64,000 bases of DNA, taken from the NCBI GenBank assembly GCA_030390025.1, contig CM059432.1, positions 129,086,001 to 129,150,000 of the forward strand. Reading direction: 5' to 3'. Positions within the stretch are counted from its first letter, which is position 1. Every line of letters begins with the position of its first letter. Shown one piece after another: positions 34,395-47,610 of the stretch. Position numbers and translations under genes: made by a program. The stretch comes from Squalus acanthias (taxonomy: Eukaryota). The notes beneath the pieces were generated by a model, which saw only the letters and a list, made by a program, of their open reading frames with translations, was not told the DNA's origin and made no database searches.

Positions 34395-36665
34395 CAACAA
34401 CAACAACAACAACAGCTTGCATTTAACATAGAAAAACATTCCAAGGTGCTTCACAAAGGAGTAATCAGACAAAAGTGAACGCTGAGACAAAGAAAGAGAT
34501 ACTAGAAGGGATGACCAAAAGCTTGGTCAAACAGATGGGTTTTAAGGAGGCTCTTAAAGGAGGAGAGGTGGAGATGCAGAGGTGTTTTTGATAGAGTAGA
34601 CACATGAGAGTGCTTCCACTTGTGGGGAAGAGCAAAACTAGAGGCCATCAATATAAGATAGTCACCAAGAAATCAAATAGGGAATTCAGAAAATACTTCT
34701 TTAGCCAGAGAGTGGTGAGAATGTGGAACTCACTCCCTTCTCTTCCTTATCTACATGGTGCCCCTTGGTGAGATCATCTTCTTCACGTATACTGATGACA
34801 CCCAGCTCTGCCTCGCAATCACCTACCTTGACCCCTCCGCTGCATCTATGTTGTCAGATTGCTTGTCCGACATCCAGTCTTGGATGAGCCGCAAATTCCT
34901 TCAGTTAAACATTTGGAAGATTGACGTCATCGTCTTTGGCCCCCACCACAAACTCCATCCCCTTGCCATTGATTCCATCCTCCTCCCTGGCCACTGTCTC
35001 AGGTTGAACCAGAATGTTCAGAACCGCAGTGACCTATTCGACCCTGAACTGGCCTTCCAACCCCATATCCTTTCCAATGCATAGACCTCCTACTTCCACC
35101 TTTGTAACATCACCTGCCTCCACCCCCCGCCACAGCCTACCTGCTGCTGAAACCCCATAAAGGGAGCAAGTTGAGGGAATATTTGAGGCGAATAGTATAG
35201 ATGCATTTAAGGGGAAGCTAGATAAGCATATGAGGGAGAATGTAATCGAGGGTTATGTTGAAAGAGTTGGATGAGGATGGATGGGAGGAGGCTCGAGTGC
35301 AGCATAAACACCGTTGGGCCGCATGGCCTCTTTCTGTGCTATATATTCTATGTAATTCTATGTTTAGGCAGGGACTTCCAGAGCATGATGCCCAGACGGC
35401 TGAAGGCACATCCACCAATTGTAGTGCAAAGGGAGGGGAGGATGAACAAGAGGCCAGAGTCAGAGGAACAGAGTGTTCTGGGATGAGGTGTAGGGCTGGA
35501 GGAGGTTACAGAAATAGGGCAGGGCAAGGTCATGTGGGATTTAAACATGAGGAAGAAAATTTTAAATTCGAGGTGTTGGAGGAACGGAAGCCAATGTAGG
35601 TCAGCAAGGACAGGAGTGATGGGTGAGCAGGACTTTGTGTGGGATAGGATACGGGCAGCAGAGTTTTGCATCAGCTGAAGTTTATGGATCATGGAGGATG
35701 GGAGGCTGGCCAGGAGAGCACTGAAATAGTCGGGTCCGGAGGCATCATAGGCATAGATGAGGGTTTCAGCAGCAGATAGGCTGTGGCAGGGGGTGGAGGC
35801 AGGTGATGTTACAGAGGTGGAAGTAGGAGGTCACTGTGATGGAAAGGATATGGGGTTGGAAGGTCAGTTCAGGTTCGAATAGTACACTGAGGTTCCGAGC
35901 ATTCTGGTTCAACCTGAGACAGTGGGTAGGGAGGGAGATGAAATCGAAGGCAATGGTATGGAGTTTGTGGTGGTGGCCAAATACGATGGCGTCAATCTTT
36001 CCAATGATTAACTGAAGGAAATTGCGGCTCATCCAAGACTGGATGTCGGGCAAGCAATCTGACAACATAGATGCAGTGGAGGGTGCAAGATAGGTGATGG
36101 AGAGGCAGAGCTGGGTGTCATCAGCATACCTGAGGAAGATGACCCCAGGCCTTTGGATGATGTCACCAAGGGGGCACCATGTAGATAAGGAAGAGAAGGG
36201 AGCCAAGGATAGAACCTTGGGGACTGCAGAGATAATACTGCGGGAGCGAGAAAAGCCATTGCTGAACTTCCTATGGCTATGACTGGATAGGAAGAGTGGA
36301 ACCAGGCAAGGACAGTCCCACTCAGCTGGGCAACTAAGGAGAGACGTTGGAGGAGGATGACGTCAAAGGCTGCAGAGAGGTTAAGGAGAATGAGGAAGGA
36401 AAATGGACCTAAGTCACAGTCACGGAAAATTACATTTGTACCTTTGGTTAGAGCCGTTTCAGTGCTGTGACAGAGGCAGAAACCTGATCAGAGAGCTTCA
36501 AACATGGAGTTGCCGTAAAGATGGGAATGGGTTTGCGAGGCGACAGAACGTTCAAGGTCTTTGGAGAGTTGGAGATGGGGTGGTACTTTGTGAGGACAGC
36601 GGATTCGAGAGTGTTTTTTTGAGGAGGTGGGTAATGATGGCGGTTTTTGAAAGGGAGCGGGACAG
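34395..36665 (-). mobile_element. L2 LINE fragment interrupted at ~34590-35362 by a CR1 3' fragment (+)
   Basis: (CAA)n tail at 34395; YADDTQL...IQSWMSRNFLQL and LQLMQNSAARIL...LHWLP on the minus strand; CR1 3' UTR pieces at 34590-34732 and 35156-35362. Confidence 0.85.
34733..35155 (+). repeat. Inverted copy of the neighbouring L2 segment ~35761-36203
   Basis: Colinear reverse-complement match from cccttctcttccttatctacatggtgcccc to ctgctgctgaaaccc. Confidence 0.85.
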
Positions 36666-38747
36666 TACCTCTGCAGACCAGCTTCCCTGGCATCCGGTTT
36701 TCATGAGTGCCAGCAGTTTTACATTTGGCTGGCAGCCAGCTGTGCAAGACCCATGGTTCAGGAACCAGTGGCATTAGCATGGGTCTCGCACAAGGTAAAA
36801 GCAGCTACACCGAACTACAAGTAATATTGCACTGGTGGCAGCTGCAGGTTTCAATAATAGCCCTCTCCCATTTACGTCTAATAACTATTGCAGTTCCAAA
36901 GCGATTTTTCCCAATCGGCAATCTGGGTGCAAATTATGCTTGAAATTGCGCTGCTTTCCCGAAGTGAAGTATTGGTTCAAGTTTCCACTCAAACTCATTT
37001 GCGGAATCGCAAGCGTAAAATCTTTCATGAACCAACGCAATCGGGCAGCGTTTTAGAATGTAATTGTCTATTTTTTTCCCCTTGTATTAAAAATATTCCT
37101 TGATGTATTTAAGAGTGGTGACCTGGTGCAGTTTTATTAATACAGCTGAAACTGGGTTTATCACAAAAAATAAGCATTTTTAATACGAGTGTCCAGTCCA
37201 TCACCTGTGAGTAACCCGATTTTAAATCACTGAAAACGGCTTTAAAAACCATACAGAACCATTTACTGGTTTCATTGGTGTACACTAGTCAGTTTATTAG
37301 TAAATTCAATATTTTGTATTATTTTAAAATTTTTAAAAGTTTCCTATTAGTGCCTTCGTGCCTAAAAAAAAAAGCTTAATTTGAAACGCCTCCTCGAAGG
37401 GCCACAAACGGGCGCAATTGGCGGAAACGGGCCGTGCTCCCTCGTTCTTTCTGGGGGCGTGGTCAGTTTTGTGGGCGGGGCTGGCGTCCAACGTCCAGGA
37501 GTTTTTAAACCAGCGTAAAAGATTGCGGAAACTCGGTTTGCGCTGGACGCAACTAGCTCTTGCAATCCCTGGAGCTTTTACACTGGTTTGGCCGAATTCG
37601 GGTGAATTGCGCTGGTTTACCGAGAGGAATCTTTACCCCAAGCACTTTTGATCATTTCTTTTTTGCCCTCTTCTTTTCCAGATGTCAGCGACTCGGCTGG
37701 GGTCCAGGCACCATGAAGCCATTGTTGTAAGGGCTCTAACGGCAGTTTTTGGAAGCGAGCTGACCGGATCAGACCAGTGATGCCAAGTGAAATGTTGTAA
37801 TTTTGAATTGCGCTATCAAAAGGCTTCTGTGATAACAAAAATAAACACCCCATCACTAAATATTATGGGACCATCCCTGTTAAAGATATCTCATTGATCA
37901 TGCTTACTTCTACACTCACTTAGCAATTTACTGACTTTATTGATGTGAATTAATACATTTTTTGATGATCACAAGAGCCTGGACATTACTCTAGGCAGTA
38001 TTAGTGGATGAATCCTTAATACATTCCTTAGTCTGCTATTTTAGTACAACATTAACCCATCTATTTCAAATTGGTTAATGCCTCTGCTAGAAAAGTAGAC
38101 AAAGGAATGTCACATGAAGACATTAAGCATTTGTCTGCTAATATTATCAACAGTCATTTCTAGGCCCTGATCACAAGATAACGAAGGCCCTTCAGCGTAT
38201 TTGATTTCATTTGATTTCATTCTTCCAGAATACACGCCCTACTGTCTTCCAGTTACAACATTCAGTTGTTTGTTAAATGAGACCTCAGCCATCTTTTCAG
38301 GCAACTATTGCTAGCCCTTCAGAATAAGTCTTTCTCTTCAGCATTCCCGGCAAAGAGATTTCATGTCCATTCACCTATCTGGAAGGTGCCAAATTCACAG
38401 GCCTGCAATTTGTCACAAGTACCCGAATTCTCGATATATGCTCCCAGTGCTCACAGCACTGTGCCAGGCGCACTAGGAATAAAATGCACACCTCCGTATA
38501 AAGAAATACTTCTTAACATCTAACCTAAAACTTCCCTTCACAACTCTGAACCTCTGTCCTTGGTGTATATGGAAATATTGTTCTGGGTTTACTTTCTTCA
38601 GGGTACACCAATTGATTTAGATATCTCTGACTAGTCTAACATAAAAAAATCTGCCATTAAAAATTGCACAGCCTGATGGTTAGTGGAGCTATATAAAAAA
38701 TTGGGTAAATGTACCATATATTGCAGTACTGCATGCCTTTGTTACCT

Positions 38748-39325
38748 CTAGACTTGACTATTCCAACGCACTCCTGGCTGGCCTCCCACATTCTACCCTC
38801 TGTAAACTTGAGGTCATCCAAAACCCTGCTTCCTGTGTCCTAACTCGCACCAAGTCCCGTTCACCCATCGCCCCTGTGCTCGCTGACCTACTTTGGCTCC
38901 CAGTTAAGCAACGCCTTGATTTTAAAATTCTCATCCTTGTTTTCAAATCCCTCCATGGCTTCACCCTCCCTATCTCTAATCTCCTCCAACCCCACAACCC
39001 CCCGAAATATCGGCGCTCCTCTAATTATGGCCTCTTGAGCATCCCAGATTTCAGTCGCTCCACCATTGGTGGCCGTGCCTTCAGCTGCCTAGGCCCTAAG
39101 CTCTGGAATGCCCTCCCTAAACCTCTCCGCCTCTCTACCTCTCTTTCATCCTTTAAGACGTTCCTTAAAACCTACCTCTTTGACCAAGCTTTTGGTCACC
39201 TGCCCTAATTTCTCCTTATGTGGTTCAGTATCAAATTTTGTTTTATAACACTCCTGTGAAGCGCCGTGGGACGTTTTACTACGTTAAAGGCACTATATAA
39301 ATGCAAGTTGTTGTTGTTGTTGTTG
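38748..39325 (+). mobile_element. L2 LINE 3' end
   Basis: LDYSNALLAGLP...LADLLWLPVKQRLDFKIL...GGRAFS...LKTYLF; tail ctatataaatgcaag(ttg)n. Confidence 0.92.
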
Positions 39326-41055
39326 TGTACAGACCAGATTCAATTTAGGGTCTGTGACCAGTTAACCAATTCCAACTAGGATATGACAGTTGGCATCAAC
39401 GACCCTAAGCTAGAGATGGCAAACATCAGCCACCAGACCCGATCCAGTAACGCCCCACCCCGTCCCCCCGCCACCACAATGTGCATGTGTCATCCCGGGT
39501 AAGGACAGGAATTGGCCTTAGCTGTGGTTGAACAACCTGTTGATTCTCACCGCCCAGGCTCGCACAGCGAGAATGCCCACTTGGGTAGGGTACTGAAAGA
39601 GGTTAACGGCCATCTGTCCACCTGTATCCCAGTGTGAGCTGCTGCCATCAGGAGAGGAGGAATAAATTAAGAAAATCAAAGAGAAAAATAAAATCCACTA
39701 TGTAAATTACTTTCTAAGCCTGCCCCAATAATCACAACTAAAAGCATAATTGCTGTTAAGAGGCTATTAATTAAATCAGTTGTCTGTCCCTTTCTTGCCA
39801 CCAGTAGTTTATGTTGTTATGTATCCCGTTGTTTAATGTGATGGTCTATTTCCATTCTGTGGATTGTGCCAAAAGCTCTTCTGCATTCCTCACTATAAAA
39901 TGTGTCAACATCAACACTCAGCACCTACCGGCCAGTGTTCTAAATTAAGCTGCACAATGAATGCAGCTCTGTGTCTGTTCCCGGTTTATCGCTGGCATTT
40001 TATTGTCATGTGCAGGAATGCTTTGATGTCAGCAGTTACCCCCAGTGAAGGTTAGCCCCAAGTGGATTGAGGTCAACTTTGTTTCTTTTTATAGAGCTAG
40101 AAAATAGTAGTGAATGAAAATGATTTCCTGTGACTGCCAGGGACTTCAGAAGGTTCTTTCATTATGTTTTCCCGCAGTGGGTCATATGGCTCTTGTACAT
40201 GCACAAGCTGACTTCCTGTGCCTCGAGGGCACATTGGTCTAATTTAATGGGCTAAGGCCCACCAAAGCAGCTCCAATATTCAGCTCGCCTGGACACACAG
40301 TATTTAGTGCTGCGGTCAATGTCGTTATTGTTTTTCTGTAATTAAATAATGGTAGGTAATTATTGAATATTGATCACTGCCAGTTACGGAATCTTAGCAT
40401 TGTCAGACACAGATGACTTGCTTCAGTAATGCAAAGACAAATCCTGTTGAAAAAAACTCAACTCAGTGCAGTTTTTTTTTCTTCACAGTTCTTATCAGCA
40501 GTTACTTGTTAAACCAAATCCACAATTCAGGAGGAGCCCATGTATTCATGTTATTAGATTAAACTTGCCAGAAATCACATTAATAAGATTAGACCCCAGT
40601 TTTCTCAGTTTGACCGTGACTTTCGGTCTCGCAGCCAAACTTGACATCCTCTAAAGGGCTTTTTGTTTACTCGTGGTGTAGACCTGTATCCTGCCAGTTT
40701 TATCCAATTACAAACTTAGGATTAGCGGCACAGGGTCGGCATCAGGGGCTTTCATGATCCAAGTGTGTGTCACGCTACCTCAAGCTCAGCTACAGAAATG
40801 AAAATAACTGCTGCTTCAATCACCTGCTCAATACGGTTTTTGATAGGTAAACAAGGTTACTCATTGAGGAACGGCGGGATATTCAGTAAGTGAGGCGAGC
40901 TGATAAATCAGGAAGAAATAAGTCATGATTTGAGGTATATACTTTTCTCATGAGTTGAACCTCACTGATTATCTTGTATAACATTGTTCAACATGCACTT
41001 CTGTGCAATATACAATAAAAACAAAAGCCTAGTGATATTAATACGTAAACACTTA

Positions 41056-41930
41056 GGGGGAAAAATTCAGTTGGTTGCGCCTCCCGTTAGCGCCTTAAGA
41101 GGGCGCTAATGGGGCGCAAAGCAGCTGGCGCCCGGGCGCAGCGATGTTTGCGCCGCTCGCGAACTTAACTAGACATTTTGCAGCGGTGCTAAACACTACC
41201 GCCACGATCTCCTGCGCCGGCAGATCGTGACGTCAGTCGAGTGTGCAACGCCCCGGTATCGCCCCGGAGCGGATATTGAGTGGCGCCCCCTGCCTTACCG
41301 CCTGACGCTAGCAACGACAGGTTGAGGGGAGCGTTCTGCAGTCATGAAGGGAAAGGGGGAGCGCTATTTAAAGGTGACCGCTTCCTGCCTTTTATTGTTG
41401 GTGCCATTTTTGAACTACGCATTCTGAGAGAGAGAGAGAGAGACATCTGGAGAGATTCAACGTTGTGTGAAGGAGTTTTGGGTACTGAGCAGCACTTTGC
41501 AGGTTCATTTTGATTTGCCATTCCTTGTATCGATTTAGAAGAGACTGTTGGGGCTGCACTCTAAGCTCTTTCCCTGGTACTCTCCATTGTTCTTTCCAGC
41601 AGATTTGATGTGCAGGTCTCTCCAGGCCGGGATTCAAGGCTGCAATGAGCAGGATGTGGATGGAAAGCAAGATCAACCATCCCTTTAAGAACTGGCCGGT
41701 GCCATTGTGTGTGTGTTCCATTGCTGACTGACATTACATGAGCTTCGCCAGCGCTCTGAGGTAGCGCCTCGCTCCTCGGCCTTTGCGCCTTAAGACAGAT
41801 GTGTAGCGCCTGATTTAGCGCTCCAATCACCTCAGGGGTCGATAAAAGTGAAGTTTCCAGTCAGTGGCGATAATTTTTGTGCCCGGACGATATTTGCGCC
41901 CCAAACGGGGCGCGACTGAATTTTTCCCCC
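41056..41930. mobile_element. PIF/Harbinger MITE, copy 1 (875 bp)
   Basis: 16-bp perfect TIR GGGGGAAAAATTCAGT and TSD TTA (41053-41055 / 41931-41933). Confidence 0.96.
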
Positions 41931-43490
41931 TTAACACCTTTATATGACATTCCTCTGTTCACTATTTTAACAAAGGCATTATCCCATTTTAACTAAACAG
42001 GCTTATTAATGCCTGCTTTAAAATAGCACATAGTGGAATGTCATATCAACCTGGTAAGCATTCATTTGATCATATTGCCAACAATAATTTCTAGGCTTAA
42101 ACATTGAATAAAATATGAAAATGATATAATGTGTGATAGATTTCTGTTAATTGGTTTGAAAAGTCCTTCCATGAATTGTATTCTATTTCTGCTTGTCAGT
42201 TCTGAAAACTCTTCCCTAAAGATGGCCAAATCTTAAAATTTTAAGTAGACCTACCGGTTACTGCACCACAAGTTTAATTTTGCATCATGGGGATCATTGG
42301 TATTCTGACAGTCCCCAAATCATATTTGGGTTTTATAAACTACAACAGGAATATATCACGAAACATATTGCTAAATTCCATTTGGAAATATTATTTTCAC
42401 TGTTTATTGTCTTCGCGCGCCATTTCTTTTTAGTCAGCCTTGTATAGAGTTTCTACCTGCCCGATATGGAGTGCGCATTTTCTCCCTATATGGGCGCACC
42501 CAGTTAACAAAGTCCAGAGAGTTTAGGCACAGGTTGGCAACAGCCAAGTTAAGCGACTTCCTATGTGTGCAGGGCTACTGCTCGCGTCTAACCAGCTAAA
42601 ACCATCCAACACACTAGCACAAAGTAGAAATCTTCTTGCTGCTTGTCCAGCTAGGGCCATCTACTTGTTAAAATATTGGCTTACAGGATTATCTGGAGCT
42701 GAGTGGGAAGAATCCCAGCTCCCAGTGATAAGACTACCCTGCCAGATCCCATTAATAACTGTCAGGTCAATCACCAACAGCACACTGGAGTATTGCAGAC
42801 CAGTTTGGCTCACGCATCAGATTACAAAGTCTGCCATGGAGGGTTGACACGGTCCTAGTCTTGGAGCTAATTTGATCCCAGGGAGACCCCACTTACCTTA
42901 GCTCCAATACCCTCAAGTAGGGTAGTCACAAGTCATTAAACAGCTGACAAGTGCGGGTTTGAATTTACACACATATTTTAGTCTAAGGGTGTGCAGTATT
43001 GTCATTAGATACCACTAGTATGTTTTCTGAATGCTACTCTACAATATAAGGATTCGGGTTGAGCAGCAAACTTGAAAACCTGAAGTTGGCGAGATATGAA
43101 TTCAACTCAGGTTTGGACTTTTTGAAGTGTGGGACAAATGTGCATTTTTAATTGGTTTCTTCTGTGCATGTGCAATGTTATTTCTGTCAGGTTGCCGCAG
43201 TAACATATTAATATAAAACCCACTGGCAACAGAATTTCTTGGTGGTTGACTACAGATTCCCTGCTAATGAAATCACAACACAGTTGAATTGTAAAGTTTA
43301 TCGTACATAAGTAACAGGGAGAACACTGACAAGTAACTCACAGACCCAAAAATAAAGAAAATGATTTCATAAAATTATAGGGTAAGGTTTACCAGGTCCT
43401 GTGCCTCTGATAGAGTCTCGCATGAAATCAGTGGCACAGGACCTTGTAGAATTTACCCGTGTATGTTCCTTCTTTCTTTATTTTTCCAAA

Positions 43491-43625
43491 TATAAGAGCA
43501 TAAGAATTAGGAGCAGGAGTAGGCCTTACAGCCCCTCGAGCCTACTCCGCCATTCAATAAGATCATGGCTGATCTTCGACCTCAACTCCACTTTCCTGCC
43601 CGATCCCATATCCCTTGATTTCTCT
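43491..43625 (-). mobile_element. CR1 3' terminal fragment
   Basis: Matches the CR1-b tail (cataagaa.taggagcaggagtaggcc...cccctcgagcct). Confidence 0.8.
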
Positions 43626-44276
43626 GGAGTGGTGTTGGGGGATGACTATCAAAATATATGAAACTAAACAAACCAATGGTCAAACTTTTCTGTTCAGTTG
43701 AGTGGAGATGCAATGCAACAAGCATCCACTGCGATATAATAAGATGATAAGAAATTCCACCTGAAATGTGATTTGCTGATGATCCCTCTTCTGATTTTTA
43801 AATATTATTTTTGATCTATATAATAAATGTGGGCTGTGGTCTTTCACTATTAATTAGCCGTGCTGTGTTAATTGGAATGGGAGCTCTGAGATAATGGAGA
43901 GGGTTCACCACAGATGGCTCATTTTGCACCTGAGCTCACCTGCAAAGGTAATCTTCCAGAAATCAACCGAAATTCCCAAACATTATGCACCTGATATTGA
44001 CCTGTGCTAAAAAAAAAAATCATCCTGTGCTGACACACAAGGTCAAGCACCTTTACAAGGTCCTGACGCAAACTCAATTACCCTTTCGATTAGAAGAACA
44101 GCTATAATCATTCACTATATATTTCACACCCAAATATATATTCCAGAATTTTACTGTTTTCTACTTTTCTTCCCTGGTTTATTTCAACCTTTTGACCTGC
44201 TGTTACCAATAGAAAAGTGTGTGCTCTGTGACAATGAATTCAAATGAGCTGCTGGAGCCAAGCTCCATAAATGAAG

Positions 44277-44788
44277 NNNNNNNNNNNNNNNNNNNNNNNN
44301 NNNNNNNNNNNNNNNNNNNNNNNNNNNNNNNNNNNNNNNNNNNNNNNNNNNNNNNNNNNNNNNNNNNNNNNNNNNNNNNNNNNNNNNNNNNNNNNNNNNN
44401 NNNNNNNNNNNNNNNNNNNNNNNNNNNNNNNNNNNNNNNNNNNNNNNNNNNNNNNNNNNNNNNNNNNNNNNNNNNNNNNNNNNNNNNNNNNNNNNNNNNN
44501 NNNNNNNNNNNNNNNNNNNNNNNNNNNNNNNNNNNNNNNNNNNNNNNNNNNNNNNNNNNNNNNNNNNNNNNNNNNNNNNNNNNNNNNNNNNNNNNNNNNN
44601 NNNNNNNNNNNNNNNNNNNNNNNNNNNNNNNNNNNNNNNNNNNNNNNNNNNNNNNNNNNNNNNNNNNNNNNNNNNNNNNNNNNNNNNNNNNNNNNNNNNN
44701 NNNNNNNNNNNNNNNNNNNNNNNNNNNNNNNNNNNNNNNNNNNNNNNNNNNNNNNNNNNNNNNNNNNNNNNNNNNNNNNNNNNNNNNN
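44277..44788. other. Assembly gap (512 N)
   Basis: Run of N. Confidence 1.
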
Positions 44789-46059
44789 TTCTGAGCCCTA
44801 ACTTTCACACATATTTTAGCATGAGAACAAGGCTGAGTTGTAAAGATGAAAGAAAAGTCAGTTATGCCTTTCTACTGGTCTTACTCACATCTACTTTTTC
44901 ATTAAAAGTTGGAAGGAGGAAACATGACCCTATGGTTTAGTTTTCAATACGTTTACTGACTTTCTGTGTCAGCCAGAAGCCTTGGCTGGTGATCAGACTG
45001 CTGATTGTTGTTAAGTTGTTAGTCACGACTTCGCTTGTTTATGCTTTTGAAAAGAAAGAATAGGAACTGATAATTTGTATTAAACCGCACCAATTTTTTT
45101 GTTAATGACTAATGTTTGGTTAGTCAACTAACTGAGTGTTAATCATATGTCAGTAATTGTTCAGCATAGCTGAGGGTGAGTCCACAGGAGCACTGGTGCA
45201 ATATAATCACACACTCTCTTAATCACGAGTAGACCCACGCGAGTTATACGCCCCCCCCCAGTGGCAGAACAGAATATCACATCTTGTTTAACCCAGCCTT
45301 CTTTTCATAGCTGTTCCCCACCATACCCGTCTCCACCAGCTGGGAACGTGGAGCAGTGTGCTGGAAAGAAGCTTCTGATGATGATGTCTTGCCTTCCTTG
45401 GTAAGGCATTAAAAAAAAAAATAATTCTGGTTAATTTATCTTCCTCTCTCCGAAGGCGCTGACTCCTTGACACGATACACTTCCACAGTTGCTGCCTGCC
45501 CTCAGGTTTTGTGAGCCATGTGAGACTTTGACAGTGGATGTCTGCAGGTCCCACATGTTGTATCACTACCATCCCCACCTGGCACACTTCCAGCAGAGGT
45601 AGGCAGACAGCGTGAACTACATAGGATTGCATAGAATTTACAGCACACGGTGCTTATGCTCCACACGAGTCTCCTTCCCCTCTAGTTACTTCATCTCACC
45701 CTATGCTTTCATGCTTTTCAGATCGGGAGGCCGCTTTGGGGCATTCGGCCATCTTCTTGATGACATTAGCTGGCAAGTTCTCGGTGAACTCGCACACACA
45801 GGGAGACCACGTGTAGGTTGTCATCAGCTCCACAGTGGGACTGTGGCCGTGAGTCCCAGACCACGGAACACATCACATCAACCTGCCCACTGAGACCTGT
45901 GGCGGGAGGCACTCATTTCTCCACTCGGCATCTCAGGAGGCCATCGAATGGATAGCCAAACTAAACATCCCATTATAAGCTTTTCCCATCATACGAAACA
46001 ACACCATCTCACCCTATCAGCATAACCTTCTATTCCTTTCTCCCTCATATACTTATCTA

Positions 46060-46383
46060 AAAGAAAGAAAGACTTGCATTTATACAGAGCCTTTCATGAC
46101 CTCAGGATGTCCCAAAGCGCTTTACAGCCAATGAAGTACTATTTTTGTCGTCACTGTTGTAATGTAGGAAACGTGGTAGCCAATTTGCACAGCAAGCTCC
46201 CACTAACAGCAATGTGATAATGACCAGGTAATCTGTTTTAATGATGTTGATTGAGGGATAAATATTGGCCAGGACACTGGGGATAACTCTGCTGCTCTTC
46301 TTCAAAATAGTGGCCACGGGATCTTTTACGTCCTCCTGAGAGGGCAGACGGGGCCTCGGTTTAACGTCTCATCCGAAAGACGG
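46060..46383 (-). mobile_element. Deu-domain SINE, 5'-truncated, inserted in a CR1 tail remnant
   Basis: Matches the 17992 copy; flanked by ATCTA (46055-46059 / 46384-46388). Confidence 0.88.
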
Positions 46384-47089
46384 ATCTAGCTTCCCCTTAA
46401 ACGCATCTATGTTATTCGCATTAACCACTGCGAGTTCCACATTCTCACCACCATCTGGGTAAAGAGCTCTCACTAACCAAGGGAATATAAGGAGAGTTGT
46501 AGCCCCTCATCACCACTGTGGTCGGGATCAGCAAACTCAGCAAATACCAGACATCGAACCGTGTATCCTTCTGAACTGTGTAGCTAAGTTTCTCATTGGA
46601 TAAACTCACGCAGCCAATGGGGTAGCCCCAGGCATGTTTCTGAGGAAATTGTCCATTCTTTCCCTCCCTTTACCTGCTTGCAGTCGGACATCCTTTGACC
46701 GCAGTTTCCTCATAGCTGCTCTGAGGAGCGCTAAAATTTACTGCACGTGTCGATGGCAAAATGCAGTGTCGGGACTTCTGTAGGAGAGAGAAATTGCAGC
46801 AGCAGGAATTGGGTGCACTATCCCTGTGATTCATTAAATAGCAGCATGCAGTACAGATGAACAGTCACTGCATGCAATTAATAAGTTAAGGAAACAAGAT
46901 CAGAGGCAGCCCTCTACTGGTAGGTGGTTTGTATTGTACTTGACTATACTGCGTTGCTCACATACTAAAACACTGACATCTACAGACTGTTAAAAAAGAT
47001 ACAGGTACTGCCCATTTGAAAAACAGGTTCACCAATTTGCATCTAATTAAATGCATTATGAAAATAGGTAGAGTCCATTGTAATCAGTT

Positions 47090-47610
47090 TTTTTAAAATT
47101 CGTTCTGGGATGTGGGTGCCACTGGCAAGGCCAGCATTTATTGCCCATTCCTAGTTGCCCTTGAAAAGGTGGTGGTGAGCCGCCTTCTTAAACCGCTGCA
47201 GTCCGTGTGGTGAATGTTTAAGGTGGTGGATAGGGTGCCAATCAAGTGGGCTGCTTTGTCCTGGATGGTGTCAAGCTTCTTGAGTGTTGTCGGAGCTGCA
47301 CTCATCCAGGCAAGTGGAGAGTATTCCATCACACTCCTGACTTGTGCCTTGTAGATGGTGGACACTCGCCGCAGAATACCCAGCCTCTGACCCGCTCTTG
47401 TTGCCACAGTATTTATGCGGCTGGTCCAGTGAAGTTTCTGGCCAATCGTGACCCCCAGGATGTTGATGGTGAGGGATTCAGCGATGGTAATACCGTTGAA
47501 TGTTAAGGGGCGGTGGTTAGACTCTCGTTGGTTGGAGGTAGTCATTGCCTGGCACTTGTGTGGCGCGAATGTTACTTGCCACTTATCAGCCCAAGCCTGA
47601 ATGTTGTCCA
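47090..47610 (-). mobile_element. LINE 3' fragment, same family as 29853-31143, with internal deletions
   Basis: RESNHRPLTFNGITI...IYKAQVRSVMEYSPLAW; same 3' end. Confidence 0.9.

Noticed and set aside
36920..37610. CpG-rich island or promoter
   Set aside because: Looks like another GC-rich repeat body, but no TIR or TSD could be fixed and there is no supported gene for a promoter call.
42563..42847. 94-aa ORF
   Set aside because: TLEYCRPVW resembles the CR1 HLEYCVQFW motif; probably an ancient LINE remnant.
44203..44808. ORFs spanning the N run
   Set aside because: Assembly gap artefacts.
45430..45990. Possible coding exons
   Set aside because: Faint resemblance to a decayed LINE C-terminus mixed with a CR1 tail; too degenerate to call.
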